A DNA stretch of 64,000 nucleotides from the human T2T-CHM13v2.0 reference genome, Homo sapiens: the NCBI RefSeq assembly GCF_009914755.1, contig NC_060947.1. One strand, given 5' to 3'. Under the pieces are notes generated by a model. That model was not told where the DNA came from and did not search any database. It saw only the letters and a program-made list of their open reading frames with translations. Within the stretch, counting starts at the first letter, position 1. Every line of letters begins with the position of its first letter. The position numbers and the translations under genes were made by a program. This document shows positions 12,971 to 26,940 of this stretch, one piece after another.

Positions 12971-14621
12971 TTGTTAAGCACAAAAAAATAGAATGTGAAG
13001 ATTTCCAAAGTTCTCAGCCTATCTTATATTTTAAAAAATGAAAAAGCATATTCTGGAGAGAACAAGGTTGTAGCTAAACAGTCATTTGCTACAAAGATTA
13101 TGAGTGTATCTCGTGGGTCCAATCAACTATCTCAGCAGAAGCTAAGATCTGATTATCCAGAAATATCTGTGGAGGATCTTTTTGTCTGAGAGCATGGACT
13201 CTAGTGAATTGCATGGGAGATCAACAATATTTTTGAAAATTTTATACCAGGAGAAATTCTGCTAACTTGTATTGAACAGAACAGAGATGAGATTAAATGA
13301 AGGAAGGTTGTTGGACTTCTGTGATTCTACAAGATCGTCAGTAGAGATATCTAACTGTGAACATAAATTATCCTTCAAGAAAAGGGAAAGATAATCTTGA
13401 AGGTAGTTCAGAGGTTAGCATGACTGGCAGAGAGAGCACAGATTCAGGGAATGGGGCTGTTGCTGTGGTGAACCTGGAAGGCAAGGCCACACAGATAGGC
13501 CTAGATAACAGAGCATCAAGTCAAAGAGGATTATTCTTGAACCTTAAAATCTAATGGAATTTGCCCTGATAGATTTTGGACTTGCTTGAGGCCCATGACC
13601 CCATTGTTATTTACAATTTCACTCTATTGGAATAAGAATAATTATTCTGTAACTGTCTCACAATTGCATTTTGAACACAGATAGTTTGTCTCGTTTCACA
13701 GGTTTACAGCTGGAGAGAAATTTTCCTTCAGAATGAATCATACTTTAAGTCTCACCCATTCATGATTTAGATATTTAGATGAGATTTTGGCCTTACATTG
13801 CTTATGAAATGGGTTAATATTTTGTTTTGGGCTTTTTAGAATGGGTATATATATTTTGCATATGAGACGAACATTTATTTGGGGGTTCAGAAGGTGAAGA
13901 GTTTTGGGCTGAAGTGTGTCCTCCAAAATTTATAAGTTAAAGTCCTGAATTCCAGTAACTCAGTATGTGACTGCATTTGAGGAGAGGATCTTTAAAGAGA
14001 TAATTAAGTTAAAATATAGTCACTACAGTGGACCCTAATCCTGTATGACTGGCGTCCTTAGAAAAGGAGGACATTAGGACATAGACATGTTTGTGTACAG
14101 AGAGAAGACCATGCAAAGACACAGGGAGAAGATGGATGCTTACAAGCCAAGGAGAAAGGTATCAGAAGAAGCCAACCTTGCCAACATCAGCACTCAGACC
14201 TCTAGGCTGCAAGACTGTGAAAAAGTAAATTACTGTTGTTTAAGTTACACAGTTAATGATACTTTTCTATGGCGGCCCTACCCCACTAATACAGCTGTCT
14301 AGAGTAACACTCAGGAAAAGTCATACTACATGAGACGTATAATTGTTACTCTCATATATTTATTTTAATAAAAATTTATTACAAAAGTTGTATATATATA
14401 CACATATACATATATATATATCTTTTCAAAAATGTGAACATTGCAGAAGAGAATTTAGCCTAAATACAGTGACTCTACCTCCTACCACTCAAAACAAATA
14501 CTAACATTTTACTATTTGTTTCCAGTTGGTTGCAATATAGTTTTTTACTTATATAAACTGTTTATCTTACTTTACCCATAACATTTTTAAAGTTAATTTC
14601 CTTTTTATTCAAGTGTTTAAC

Positions 14622-14865
14622 GTATTTTTCAAGCTTTGTTTAGGTATAATTAGTATACAGCAAACGCTTCATAATCAGTGTATACACTTTGGACATATGT
14701 GTACACTCAAGCTACCATCACCTCAATCAAGGTAATAAACATATACATCAATTCCAAAAGTTTCCTTGTGTCTCTCTGTTGTTGTTATTTCTGATAAGAA
14801 TACTTAACATGAGATCTAACCTCTTAAATTTTTATGTGTGCAATACCTTATCGTTAACTATACAC
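14622..14865 (-). mobile_element. L1MB-like 3' end fragment
   Basis: ccatcacctcaatcaaggtaataaacatat...aagaatacttaacatgagatcta. Confidence 0.7.
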
Positions 14866-15247
14866 ACAAACACATAACATTTTAAATTTAGCATTTTCAC
14901 ATGCTACCAAAAACATTCCATAATTGTAGTTTAATGGCCTTATTTTTATATACTTAAATTACTTATATTTTCACTACTCTGAATAATGTTTCAAGAAGCA
15001 TCTATATGAATTAATAGTTTCTAAAATCTTATTATTTCCTTAACTAGATTCCTCAGGGTAGGAATATTAGATGACAGTTCCAGGAATGTAGTTCTAACAT
15101 ATACTGTGTACATAAAAATGCTGCGAATATGGTTAATATATCACAAGAAGGGAAAGAATATGGATTGGGATGCACTGGACACCTAATATGTGCCAAATTC
15201 TACACAAGGCATTTTAGCGTATTTTTCTCACTATTAATATAAGCCTA

Positions 15248-15654
<407 letters not shown>

Positions 15655-18240
15655 TTAAAAATGAAACTGAGGCTCAGAAGCCAAAATAAGTTGCTCAAGG
15701 TCACATAGCTAGTAAGTGACAGAGTAGAAGGCTACCAGGAAGCGTGGCTTCATTGAACATAAGAAAGGACTATTTTATCATCACTGTGCAGATTTTTTTT
15801 TTTTTTGCTTGTTTGCTTTTCTTTCTTATGAGGAGAACAATTTCTATCATAGGCACTATGTCATTGTTCTTTAACTATATCCAGTATATAGTAAATCTGT
15901 AATTTCCAGTGTGCTCTGCTTTTATGACCCTCATCTCCATGTTGTATACCGGGAATTGTTCTTATGGGATGGAGAGAGACAGTCATCTTTGGGCTTATGA
16001 GAGTGAGGCAGTACTGGTTACTTCAGGACCTGTCAGAGTAGATGGCTGCCATAAACCTATGAGCAGGTAATACAGAAGGGGCTACACTCACGGTTACACT
16101 CAGGCTGCCTGGGATTTTTCCTTTATAAGTGGACTAATTTTAGACCACCATTATATCTGCCTAACTCCACAAATGTATTAGTGGGTGTTCTCCCCTGTAT
16201 CCTGGCAAGTGACTAAATTGTTTCACATCCGTGCTTTTTACTGCTTTTCTTTTGCATTTTTTTGTGCTTTTATTGAGTACTTTAATGAAACTTGGGATAT
16301 GACAAGTCAGGCTGATAACCTGATTATCATTAATAGTCTTTAAACAGAAATCTAATTTATAAATACTAAAAGTCTCCTTCTTTTAAAATGTGTGGTTGTC
16401 ATAGTGCCTACCTATTCAATCAACTTAGTCAAAACAAGAAAATTTGTAGCCATTTTTGCATCCAAGGCATATCAATAGCTGAGACAGCATAGGTATACCT
16501 GGCTTCGGAGCTGCGTATATGTGCACTTTTATAGTTATCTAATAGTAATACCCTGTACTCTGGTGGCTTTATGCATTTCTAGCTGTGATATTGCTTTAAC
16601 AATGTAACAATGTGTATGGTAAAAGCCACATCGAAGCAATCTAATAATATTTGAGCTCTGACAAGGATAAGTCTAGGCTTATATATGAAAGGATAAGTCA
16701 AGAATGCCTACGTTAAAGAAATATAGGGGTGTTGTAGCATTTGTAGGAATCTTGTGGTTATTTTTATAACATCTAATGTCATATTCTTATTTTGACATTT
16801 TCCAATCTTACTATAGAATAATTTGCAGGACATTCATCTATGATGTTGCCTGAAGTTAGAGCTCTATTTTCAAAGTACAGATTCCTGAAATAAGTATTGT
16901 ACAATAATTTCCTTTCTGCACATAAATCGTACATACTTCGTGGAATAATTACTCATTTGTCTATACATACCATGTGTTTCTGAAATTATCTGTAAATACA
17001 AGATTTATATGTACAAACACATTAAAATGAGATGTTTAAATAAAAGAGATTTCTGGGTTTGGAGCATTTTCTTGGACAGGGAGGTAATTGGTACAAATTT
17101 AAGTTAAATTGCTTTATTTTTATTGTAATTACTAGAAGTTTTAATCAAAACTGACAGTAATTTAAGCACTTGGGAACAAAGTACACTTAAATCTTCAACT
17201 AATTTTAATGTCTAAAGCTGCTTCTCTCAATAGCTCTGAAATCAGTTTGGCCCTTGATTGCCAGAAACTGCACAAACAAAATGGAAACTCTTAATGATTC
17301 GTACCGTGTGGAATGAATACTGACTGAAGATGGCAACAAAGAAGCTGAGGAAGAGATGTAGTGTGATCTGCAAATCATACTTAAAGCAAGTCAGAGAAGT
17401 TAAAAAAAGTCCTCTCTTATTACTGCAGAAAATGATGCAAGCCACTTTAACTGCTTCTATTCAACAGAACTCCTACAAAAAAAATAAATAAAAATAAAAA
17501 ATTAAAAAAAAACCAGATTAGTTGGGTGTAGGATAACATCATCGGTAAGATGTTTCCAGAAAATGCTCAGGGAATCATCATCTACTAACAGAACAATGCT
17601 TGAGTGGTAGGTTATGAACCAGGACATAGGGAGCAAAATCATGCAGATATCATTGATTCTGAAGTAAAAGTTTTATTTCTTAGTGAGCACACGCACTTCT
17701 ACAGTTCATGGGGGGAAAACTACCAAAAATAGTTAGAAGATGGCGTAGTTTGTATGATCAGTTGTCAGAGATCATGTGTTAACACAGCTGAAGAAAAATC
17801 TCATGCCAGGCTTACAGGATATTTATTTAAGAAAGTAGAAAATGCTTTTTAAATGGCATAAAAAAACTGACGTGCCTTGAAAAGGAGCTTACTTATATAC
17901 CAAATGAGCTTTATTATTTTAGTCTAGTTGTGGGTAGGGGAAAAAAGAAAAAAAGTAGAGAAATGGAAAAGACGCATGTTTTTCAACAAATAGAAATTAT
18001 ATAGCTTTATAAAAAAGTCCAGTTTTTAGCCATGGTTGCTGAATATAAGCTTGAGTTTGACACCTTGCCATATTATACTTCTTATCAGAAAGGTTGACAA
18101 CTAATATATCTTTTTAGAGTTGGCGATAGATAACAATGATATTGTGTTCTTTATTGTAATAGTCATATTTAAAATCATGAACTGTTATTTTTTAAAATTA
18201 ACCAAGTAAGTCACAATCATTGCAAAAAAGTTGAAATTAC

Positions 18241-18633
18241 TGTTAAGTTTAGCTTAAAGCTTCTTCCTTACATATTTTAAATTTGGCCTAAAGGTTCCTC
18301 CATACACAGTGAACCGTAACCTAACTGGAAGTGTAAACAGACTATAAGATACTCTTGTAGCAATCACTAAGTTTCGGCAAATCACACAGAGCCAATTATT
18401 TAAACGGTATTCAAATGAGGCAAACACTAAGCTGTAACCAATCCAGCTGTTTCTGCACCTCACTTCTATTTTCTGTATGTTATTTTCTTTTTCTCTGTCC
18501 ATAAATCCTCTCTAATCATGCAGCAGTGCCAGAGTTGCTCTGATCCTATTCTGGTTTGAGGGTTTCCTGATTTGCAATTCATTCATTGCTCAAACTCTGT
18601 TAAATTTAATTTGTCTAAGATTTTTCTTTTAAA
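18241..18633 (+). mobile_element. MER57 (ERV1) solo LTR
   Basis: tgttaagtttagc...ggcctaaaggtt...gctgtaaccaatccagctgtttctg...ctctgttaaatttaatttgtctaa. Confidence 0.85.
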
Positions 18634-18679
18634 GGTATATAGATACATCTGAAGTAAAAAAAAAAAAAAAAAAAAATGA

Positions 18680-19200
18680 AAGTTCTAGTCTCCCAGCTCA
18701 TCCTTGAAGGTGAATGAAAATTAAAAGTTTGGGATAGATCCTTTCAGACTTGTTGTGCTTATATAAATACATAAACAGAGAAACATGCACTACAGTATGT
18801 ATGATTCAATTAACATCTGGTTTATGGGTAATATTTTCACTTGTTAATGTATTACTGGACATTTAAGTAGACTTGTCATTGTTGCTTCACAAACAAGGCT
18901 GAAATGGACATCCTTATACATACATCCTTTTGCACTCTTGAAAGAATAGAGAGACGTAGAAGATAATTGCTGAGTCAAAGGGAATATGTATTTTAAGTTA
19001 GGATAAAACTTCTCAATTTACTTCCATATATGTATATCCCACTAAGAGTGTTTGAGTGTATTCTTTATTCTACACTCTCCCCAAAGAGGAATATACCAGT
19101 TTTGTTTTTCTTCTTCATTCTTACAGAATAAAATAATATTTCAATAAACTTTCAAATATTTTATGTAAAATATATTGCTGCTTTAATTTTAAGTCTAAAC
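18680..19200 (-). mobile_element. Highly decayed L1ME-like fragment
   Basis: tggacatccttatacatacatcc...ttgctgagtcaaagggaatatgtatttt. Confidence 0.5.
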
Positions 19201-19423
19201 TCCCATCTTTAAAAAGCCGTCATTTATTTAATTCTAAATTCCCTTGAATCTTTAACTTTTCCCCTGAGTATACTTAAAAACTAATAATAATATCTGGTTG
19301 GCAATGTTCCATAGTTCTTCCTGCTGTAGTCTAATCCCTTTAAGTTAAAAAAATATTCAAAATCACACATGCCTCTAAAGATCTGTCATTTAGCTCTCAT
19401 CTTCCATAAGAACTTGATCTATG

Positions 19424-19729
<306 letters not shown>

Positions 19730-19735
19730 CTATGG

Positions 19736-19737
<2 letters not shown>

Positions 19738-19773
<36 letters not shown>

Positions 19774-19794
19774 ATCTATCTATCTATCATCTAT
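19738..19794 (+). repeat. (TATC)n tetranucleotide repeat
   Basis: Direct read. Confidence 0.95.
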
Positions 19795-19874
19795 AAAACT
19801 TTTACCGCTCCACTGACTCTTTTCTTCAGCCTTAATATATTGTCACATTTTTTCTATTTAAAAGTAATCCTCTT

Positions 19875-21525
19875 GTGGAATGTAACATCAGTTAAATGGC
19901 AGAGTAGGCAGCTCTAAACTACTGTCCTCCACAGAAAAAACAAACAGAAATTGTCCAAACCAAGTTTACCAGAACTCTTGAAAACAGTCAAGGGTTTACC
20001 ACAACAAAGTGAATGCTGAATCAAGAAAAAGGCAACTTAGAATAGTAGGAAAGCTTTATACCAGTTTTGCTTTCCCTTACCGTACTCTGTCCAGAGCTCA
20101 TAGGAAGTCTTGACACAGCAGCCCATATTCCCAATGAATACCCCTGGTCCCTGGCAACAAATAAAGTAGGAAATAACTTAACTACAATTTATTATGTTTG
20201 TGTAGCTCCCATCTAACCAGTTTGGGAGCTACCTGAAAGATTGAGGAAAACCTATGGCTGACACCATATCAATAGAGAAAAGCTGAAATATTTTCTCTTG
20301 ACATTAGGAATAAGACAAGGATGCCTATTTAACCACTGCTATTCAACATTGTGTTGGAAGTTCTAGCCCAAGAACTAGGAAAGAAAAAAAATAATAAAAG
20401 CCATTCTAATTGAAGAGGAAGAAGTAAAACTCTTTCTGCACATAACATGATCTTATATGTAGAAAACTACAAGGAATCCACAAGAAAGCTGTTACTACTA
20501 AAATACAAATTCAGCAAACTTGTAGGATACAAGATTAGCACACAAAAACGAGATATATTTCTATACACCAGAAATAAGCCACCCATAGAGCAAATTAAGA
20601 AAATAATTATATTTACAATAGCATACAAACAAATAAACTATCTACTAATAACTTTAAACAAGAAGGTGAAAAACTTGTTCACAGAAAAAATAAAACATTG
20701 CTGAAAGAAATGAAAGAGGACGTAGTTAAATGAAAGCCATCCCATGCTCATGGACTTTATATTGGTGAGAGGCAAATACTACTCAAATAAATCTACAGAT
20801 TCAATGCAATCCTTACCAAAATTCAATTTTTTTAAATTTAAAAATGGAATAACTGATTCTCACATAAATAGGGTATTGTTTGGGTATGCAAATAGCCGAA
20901 ATAATCTTGCAAAAGAAGAATTAAGTTGGAGAACTTACACTTCCTGATTTACTGTAAAATTTATTGTATAAAGGTACAGTTATCAAAACAGAGTGTTACT
21001 GGTATAAGAATAGACATATAGGAGAGTAGAAAAGAATTGAGAGTCCTGAAATAAACCTGTGTATCTATGGTCAATTGATTTTTAACAAAGTTGTCCAGAC
21101 CATTCATAGAAGAATTTACATTATTTTTAACAAGTGGCTTTGAGACGACCGGTTATCCCTCATTCAAAAGATTAATGTTGGACCCCTTACCTAACACTAT
21201 ATACAAAAATTAACTCAAAATGAGTCACTAACCTAAATATGAGAGCTAAAACCTTAAAATTATTAGAAAAAAACATAGAAGCATAGAAGTAAATATTTGT
21301 TATCGTGGCTTCGTCCATCGATTCTTAGACATGACACCAAAAGCGTGAGCAACAAAAGAAGATAATAAAAATAAATAATTTTGACTTTATCAAAATTAAA
21401 CATTTGTGTACATCAAATGATATTATCAAGAGATATAAATATTATTTGCAAACATATATCTATCTAAGTGTCTCGTATTAAGAATGTATAAAGAACTCTT
21501 ACAAATCAAAAACCAAAAATTAAAC
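19875..21525 (+). mobile_element. L1M/L1MB element: 5' end (about 19875-20250) joined directly to ORF2 RT/C-terminal sequence
   Basis: Starts acatcagttaaatggcagagtagg. ORF2 remnants include [16 protein letters not shown] (20447-20704) and gacaaggatgcc, aaaaattaactcaaaatg. Confidence 0.75.
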
Positions 21526-21529
21526 TTTT

Positions 21530-22378
21530 TTCAAGATGGAGGAACAACAACTTTGCAGTGGACCTCACCAACTTAGAAATAGCAAAATAGTGTGTGCAGA
21601 TTCACACTGTGAACTTTTATCTAATACAAAACATGTGAATTCAACATAAAAACAAGGTAAAACTTTGGTTACTGGAAAAAAGAAGGCAAGCTACAGCATT
21701 TGTGGCAGAGTCTTGTGGAAAACCATCAGTGAATTTCCAAAACATGAGATAGGGAGTGAGTGTCTTTGTGATACACATTCCCACTGGATAACTGGGAGAT
21801 CCTGGCCATGAGGGAGCTCCTTGTCACTCCTAAGCCTTGTATCTGACTTGCAGAGCAGTGGGAAGACTGTAACAAGGAAAGGACTGGAAAGTGTTCTACA
21901 TGAGCTTCTCAGTGCGAAGAGAAGGAAGCTATTCCTGGTTCTACCTCATAGTGGGTGGTGTGGAAACCTGCCAGCTAGCAAGTGGGGCAATCAATGGTTT
22001 GGAGAGTCTTGGGCCAGGAATTGGTTATCTAGTCTTGAGTCGGAGATGGGCCCCCACAGACAGACCTTGGAGATGACTGTGGCATGGGTTCCAGCCAAGG
22101 GTGCTGGAATTGGGCAGCTCCTCTTCATAGGACTGGACTGAGATGAGATATTTCTTAGAGGCATTGTTTTAGCCAAAATGTTGAGTATTACAGCCTGGAG
22201 CAATTTCATGGGCTTAAAGCAAACTGCATGTGATTTAACTCTTCCTAATTTGCTGCCAAAGTTGGGCCATGGGAGGATGCCTTGGCAGGTCTGGAGTATA
22301 GAAGAAAAGTGTATCCCATTACTGCTCACTAAGCTGTGAAACTGGAGATACCCCTCTTGTGTACTTATGCTCCTTTTT
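21530..22378 (+). mobile_element. L1PB/L1P4-type 5'UTR fragment
   Basis: Begins caagatgg...gaaatagcaaaatagtgtg...cacactgtgaactttt; GC-richer UTR composition. Confidence 0.6.
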
Positions 22379-22379
22379 A

Positions 22380-22645
22380 GTCTTGCAAATTTCTGCAGAT
22401 TGCTTGAATTTCTTCCCTGAAAAAGGGGCTTTTCTTTTCTACCACATGGCCAGGCTGCAAATTTTCCAAACTTTCGCTGTGCTTCCCTTTTAAATATAAG
22501 TTCCACTTTCAGGTCATTTCTTTGCTCATGGATATGAGTTTAGGCTGTTAGAAGCAACCAGGCCACATCTTGAAAACTTTGCTGCTTAGAAATTTCTTCC
22601 ACCAGATATCCTAAATAATTACTCTCAAGTTCAAAGTTCCACAGG
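22380..22645 (-). mobile_element. MST/THE1 internal-region fragment without LTR
   Basis: caggctgcaaattttccaaactt...ctttgctgcttagaaatttcttccaccagata...ctctcaagttcaaagttccaca. Confidence 0.85.
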
Positions 22646-23444
22646 TGTGGTTCCTAAGATGTAAGCATAGGTTATTAATTTTAGGACTTTCTTATTTTCT
22701 TACATATATATATATCATATATATATATATGATATATATATATATTCAATGATGTAAATTTTCCTCGAATGTTGCTTTTTCTGCATTTCGAATTTTTATG
22801 TTGTATTTTCATTTAGTTCAAAATAGCTCTTAATTTCTTTGTGACTTTTTCTTTGACTCATTTTTCCACTTATCTTTCAGTTGTTGATTTTTAATTTCAT
22901 TTAATTCCACTGTTATCTGAGAGCATACTTTGTATGATTTCTGTATCTTAAAATTTATTAACATGTGTTTTATGGTCCAGAATGTGGTTTATCTTGGTGA
23001 ATATTCCATGTGAGCTTGAGAAGAATGTGTATTCTACTGTTGAATAAAGTATTCTACAAATGTAAATTAGATCTATTTGATTGATGGTGCTGTTCAGTTC
23101 TCCTATGTCTTTATTGGTTTTCCGATGGATCTGTCATTTTCTGTTAGACAGGTGTTAAATTCTCCAACTGTAAGAGTGAATTTATTTATTTCTCCCTGCA
23201 ATTCTGTTAGTTTTTGCCCCATGTATTTTGATACTTTCTTTTGAGTAGTGTTAGCACATTAAATCTTTTTCTATTTACTTTAAAAAAATTATATATTGAA
23301 AAATTAGCATATGTTTATGGGAGTATATTGTGATGTTATGATCTTAAGTACAATGTAAAATAATTAAATAAAGCTAATTAACTTTTAATATCTCTGTGTC
23401 TTTCTATATAAAGTGGATATTTTTCTAGACAGCATATAGTTGGG

Positions 23445-23908
23445 TGTGAAGGTTAATTTTATGTGTCAACTTCACTGGGCAAAAGAAGGCCTAAATAGTG
23501 GGTAAAACTATTCGTGCGTTTCTGTAAGTGTATTTCTAGAAGAGATTAGCTTTGGAATCAGTAGACTGAGTAAGGAAGGTCCGGTTTCACCAGTGTGGGC
23601 AGGCATCATTCAAGTCCTTGAGGGGCTGAATAGAATAAAAAGTAGAAAAAGGGTAAATTTTCTCTTTTCTTAAGCTAAGACATCCATCTTCTTCTCTCCT
23701 TGGATATCAGAGCTCCTGGTTCTTGGACCTTCAGATTCAGACTGAGCTACACCACTAGTTTTCCTGGTTCTCTGATTTGTAGACAGCAGATGGTAAAACC
23801 TCTCAACCTCCATAATTATGTAAGCTAATTCCCCTAAAAATTTTATATCCATATAGCTATAGATTTATCATATTGGTTCTATTTCTCTGGAGAGCCCTCA
23901 ATAATAGA
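23445..23908 (+). mobile_element. MLT2B (ERVL) solo LTR
   Basis: tgtgaaggttaattttatgtgtcaactt...agactgagtaaggaag...tattggttctatttctctggagagccct; gttggg on both flanks. Confidence 0.85.
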
Positions 23909-25772
23909 GTTGGGTCTTGGTATTTTATCCACTCTGTCCGTCTGTTTTTTCATTGGTGTATTGTATTTAGAACACTGAAGTTTAAAATAATTATTGATAT
24001 AGTTGAATTACCATCTACCATATTTGTTACTGTTTTCTATTCTTTTTGATTCATAATTTTGTCTATGACTCTTTTTCTGATTTTAATTGAGCACATTATA
24101 TATTCCATTTTTTCTCCTCTCTTAGTTTGTCTATACTTTGTGAAATGTTATTCAGTGGTTACTCTGGAGTTTTCAATGTACACTTACAATTAATCCAAGT
24201 CCACTTTTAAATAATACTATACTATTCAGAGATAATGCAAGTAGTTAATAGAGATTCACAATTATTTTCTGATGTTTCTTATACCATTGCCATTTATTTC
24301 AATTTATCACAAACTATATTCACTGTAAAACATTATTACTGTTATTATTTTGAACAAAGTGTTATCTTTTAGATCAATTAAGAATAAGAAAAGTAAAATA
24401 GGTTAATTTACCTTCATTTATTTCTTCTCTAAGTCTCTCCCTTTCCTCATATATATCTGAATTTATGACTTACATCATCTTCTTTTATTCTCAAAAAATT
24501 TCTATTTTTTTAAGGAAAGACTTTATTTGAAAGACTTTTGCACAAGGGAAGGATATAATTACAGTAAAGAAAATATTCTGACCATAAGATCTGCAAGCAT
24601 TCAAAGTTTAGACAAAAATAGTTTTTATTTTCCTTTTTTTAATTCTCTGAAGGATTTCTTCTAAAATTTCTTGTATGGCAGGTTTGCTTGTGACAGATTC
24701 TCTCAATTTTTGGTTTTCTTAGAAAGTCTTTATTTCTCCTTTGCTTTTGAAGGCTTTTTAAACCATCCTTTTCAAAGGAAATGAAGTTTTAGTTTGGCTG
24801 ATTATTTTCTTTCAACACGTTTAACATTTCACTCCACTATTTTGTCTTTTTTTTTTTTTAACTTTCATGGATTCTGAGGAGAAAGTCTGATTTAAATCTT
24901 ATTTTTGCTCCTCTGTTGCTGTACTTTTTTGTCCCCTTCTGGCTTCTTTCAAGATTGTCTCCTTACCTTCGTTTTCTGCTATTTGAACATTGTATGCCTA
25001 GATGTAGGATTTTGGTATTTTTTATGCTAGGTGTTCTCTGAGCTTCCTGAATCTGTGGTTTTGTGTCTTTCAATAATTTTGAAAAATTCTCAATCATTAT
25101 TACTTTATACATTTCCCATATTCTTTTATTTTTTAATCTTTTGGTATTCCCATTATGTGTATTTTATACCTTTTGTAACGGTCCCACAATTCTTGGATAT
25201 TATCTTCCATTTTTAAAATTCTTTTTTTCTCTTTCCATTTCAGTTTTGGAAGTTTCTATTGACAGATTTTCATACTTACTGATTCTTTCTTTGGCTATGT
25301 CCATTCTGTTTATTAGCCCATCAAATGCATTCTTTATTGTTTTTACAATGTTTTACGATCACTAGTATTTCTTTTTAATTGTTTCTTGAAGTTTCCATCT
25401 CTCTGCGTATATTACCTGTCCTTGAATGCTTTCTACATTTTAAAAATACACTACTTAATATATTAATCATACTTGTTTCAAAATTTTGGATGACAGCTTT
25501 CTGCTATAACTGTGTTTGATTCTTGTACTTGCTTTCTCTCTTCAAACTATTATTTTTGTCTTTTAGTATGCTTTGTAATTTTTTATTGAATGTAAGACAT
25601 GATGTACTGGGTAAAAAGAGCCTAGGTAAATAGGCAGTTAGTGTGAGGATTTTGCTTAGCAGGCCAATAATTCATCTGTATTTACTATTTGCTGTTGTTC
25701 TATGGGTCAGAGGCTAACATTTCCTCTGTCATCCTACTGTCTGCCTCCCCCTTTGCCTTTGGGTTTTCCTAG

Positions 25773-26082
<310 letters not shown>

Positions 26083-26940
26083 GAGACTTCTTAAATAAGA
26101 TCTGAGCCATGCGGTTCTTTCAGTTTTAATCCTGTTAGTTATAATAGAGGAACCCATTTGACGTGGTGGTAAGGTTGGGGTAGGGGAAACATTTTACAGT
26201 CCTATGATAATGTCTCAGTCTTTTATTTAGCCTTTGTGCCTGGGCAGTGCTTATCATTTGTGCCATAAGTGCTTATCAATTGTTTCTTATTTTCTGCCCT
26301 CCCCGCAAGGTGAAACAAGAAGGCTAGAAGTGACTGGAGTTGTTGATGGATGGACAGAGACATCGTGCTGATTGCCATGTTCTGATTGAGCTTAAAAGAT
26401 GACTGGAGTCGGGTAATTTTTGCCTCCAGTTTGGTCATGCTCTGGATAAACTCAATGTGGTCAGATTCTGGTTAAATAGTTTTCTTTGAGGGCAATTTTT
26501 TTGTTGTTGTTGTTAAGGAGAGCAGAATGCTCTAGACCTATTTTTAAATGGCAATTTTTCTTTCTCTCTATTGGCAGAAGGGAATTTTTCTTCATAGTAC
26601 ATTCTCCCCAACGACTTGGTGGGGATCCTAGAGGTAGCATTCAGGAACGTGTAGGGGCTACCACTAAAACTGGGACTCACCGCAATTTTTAAATCTCAAA
26701 TGTGTCAAGACTGAGCCTCCAGCAATTTGTCAATTACATTTTAAGTGTTTATACTCTGGTTCCAGTGGTAGGCTTCTACTTCTGAGTTTCTGCTCTGGTA
26801 ATCTGTTATTCTCTGTATTCATCTGTATTTCCAATTTTGGAGCACTGATTTGCCCAGTGACCTAAATTCTCTAATGCATCCAAGAAGAGCTACTGACTTT
26901 CGGCTTATTCAACGTTTTTCTTCATGTTGTTGAGGCCAGC

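Larger units (their letters stand above)
11488..14293 (+). mobile_element. Two-LTR MLT1B (MaLR) provirus: 5'LTR 11488-11880, internal region 11881-13899, 3'LTR 13900-14293
   Basis: Two ~393-bp direct repeats ending ctaataca. The internal region starts attttgatattggaaagtggggtgc. 5-bp TSD gctgc (11483-11487) and gctgt (14294-14298). Confidence 0.9.

Noticed and set aside
15900-17900. About 2 kb of repeat-poor DNA
   Set aside because: No ORF, convincing splice pair or structure that I can support; conservation data would be needed.
21991-22506. 171-aa minus-strand ORF
   Set aside because: A chance read-through across an MST internal fragment and an antisense L1 5'UTR; no recognisable domain.
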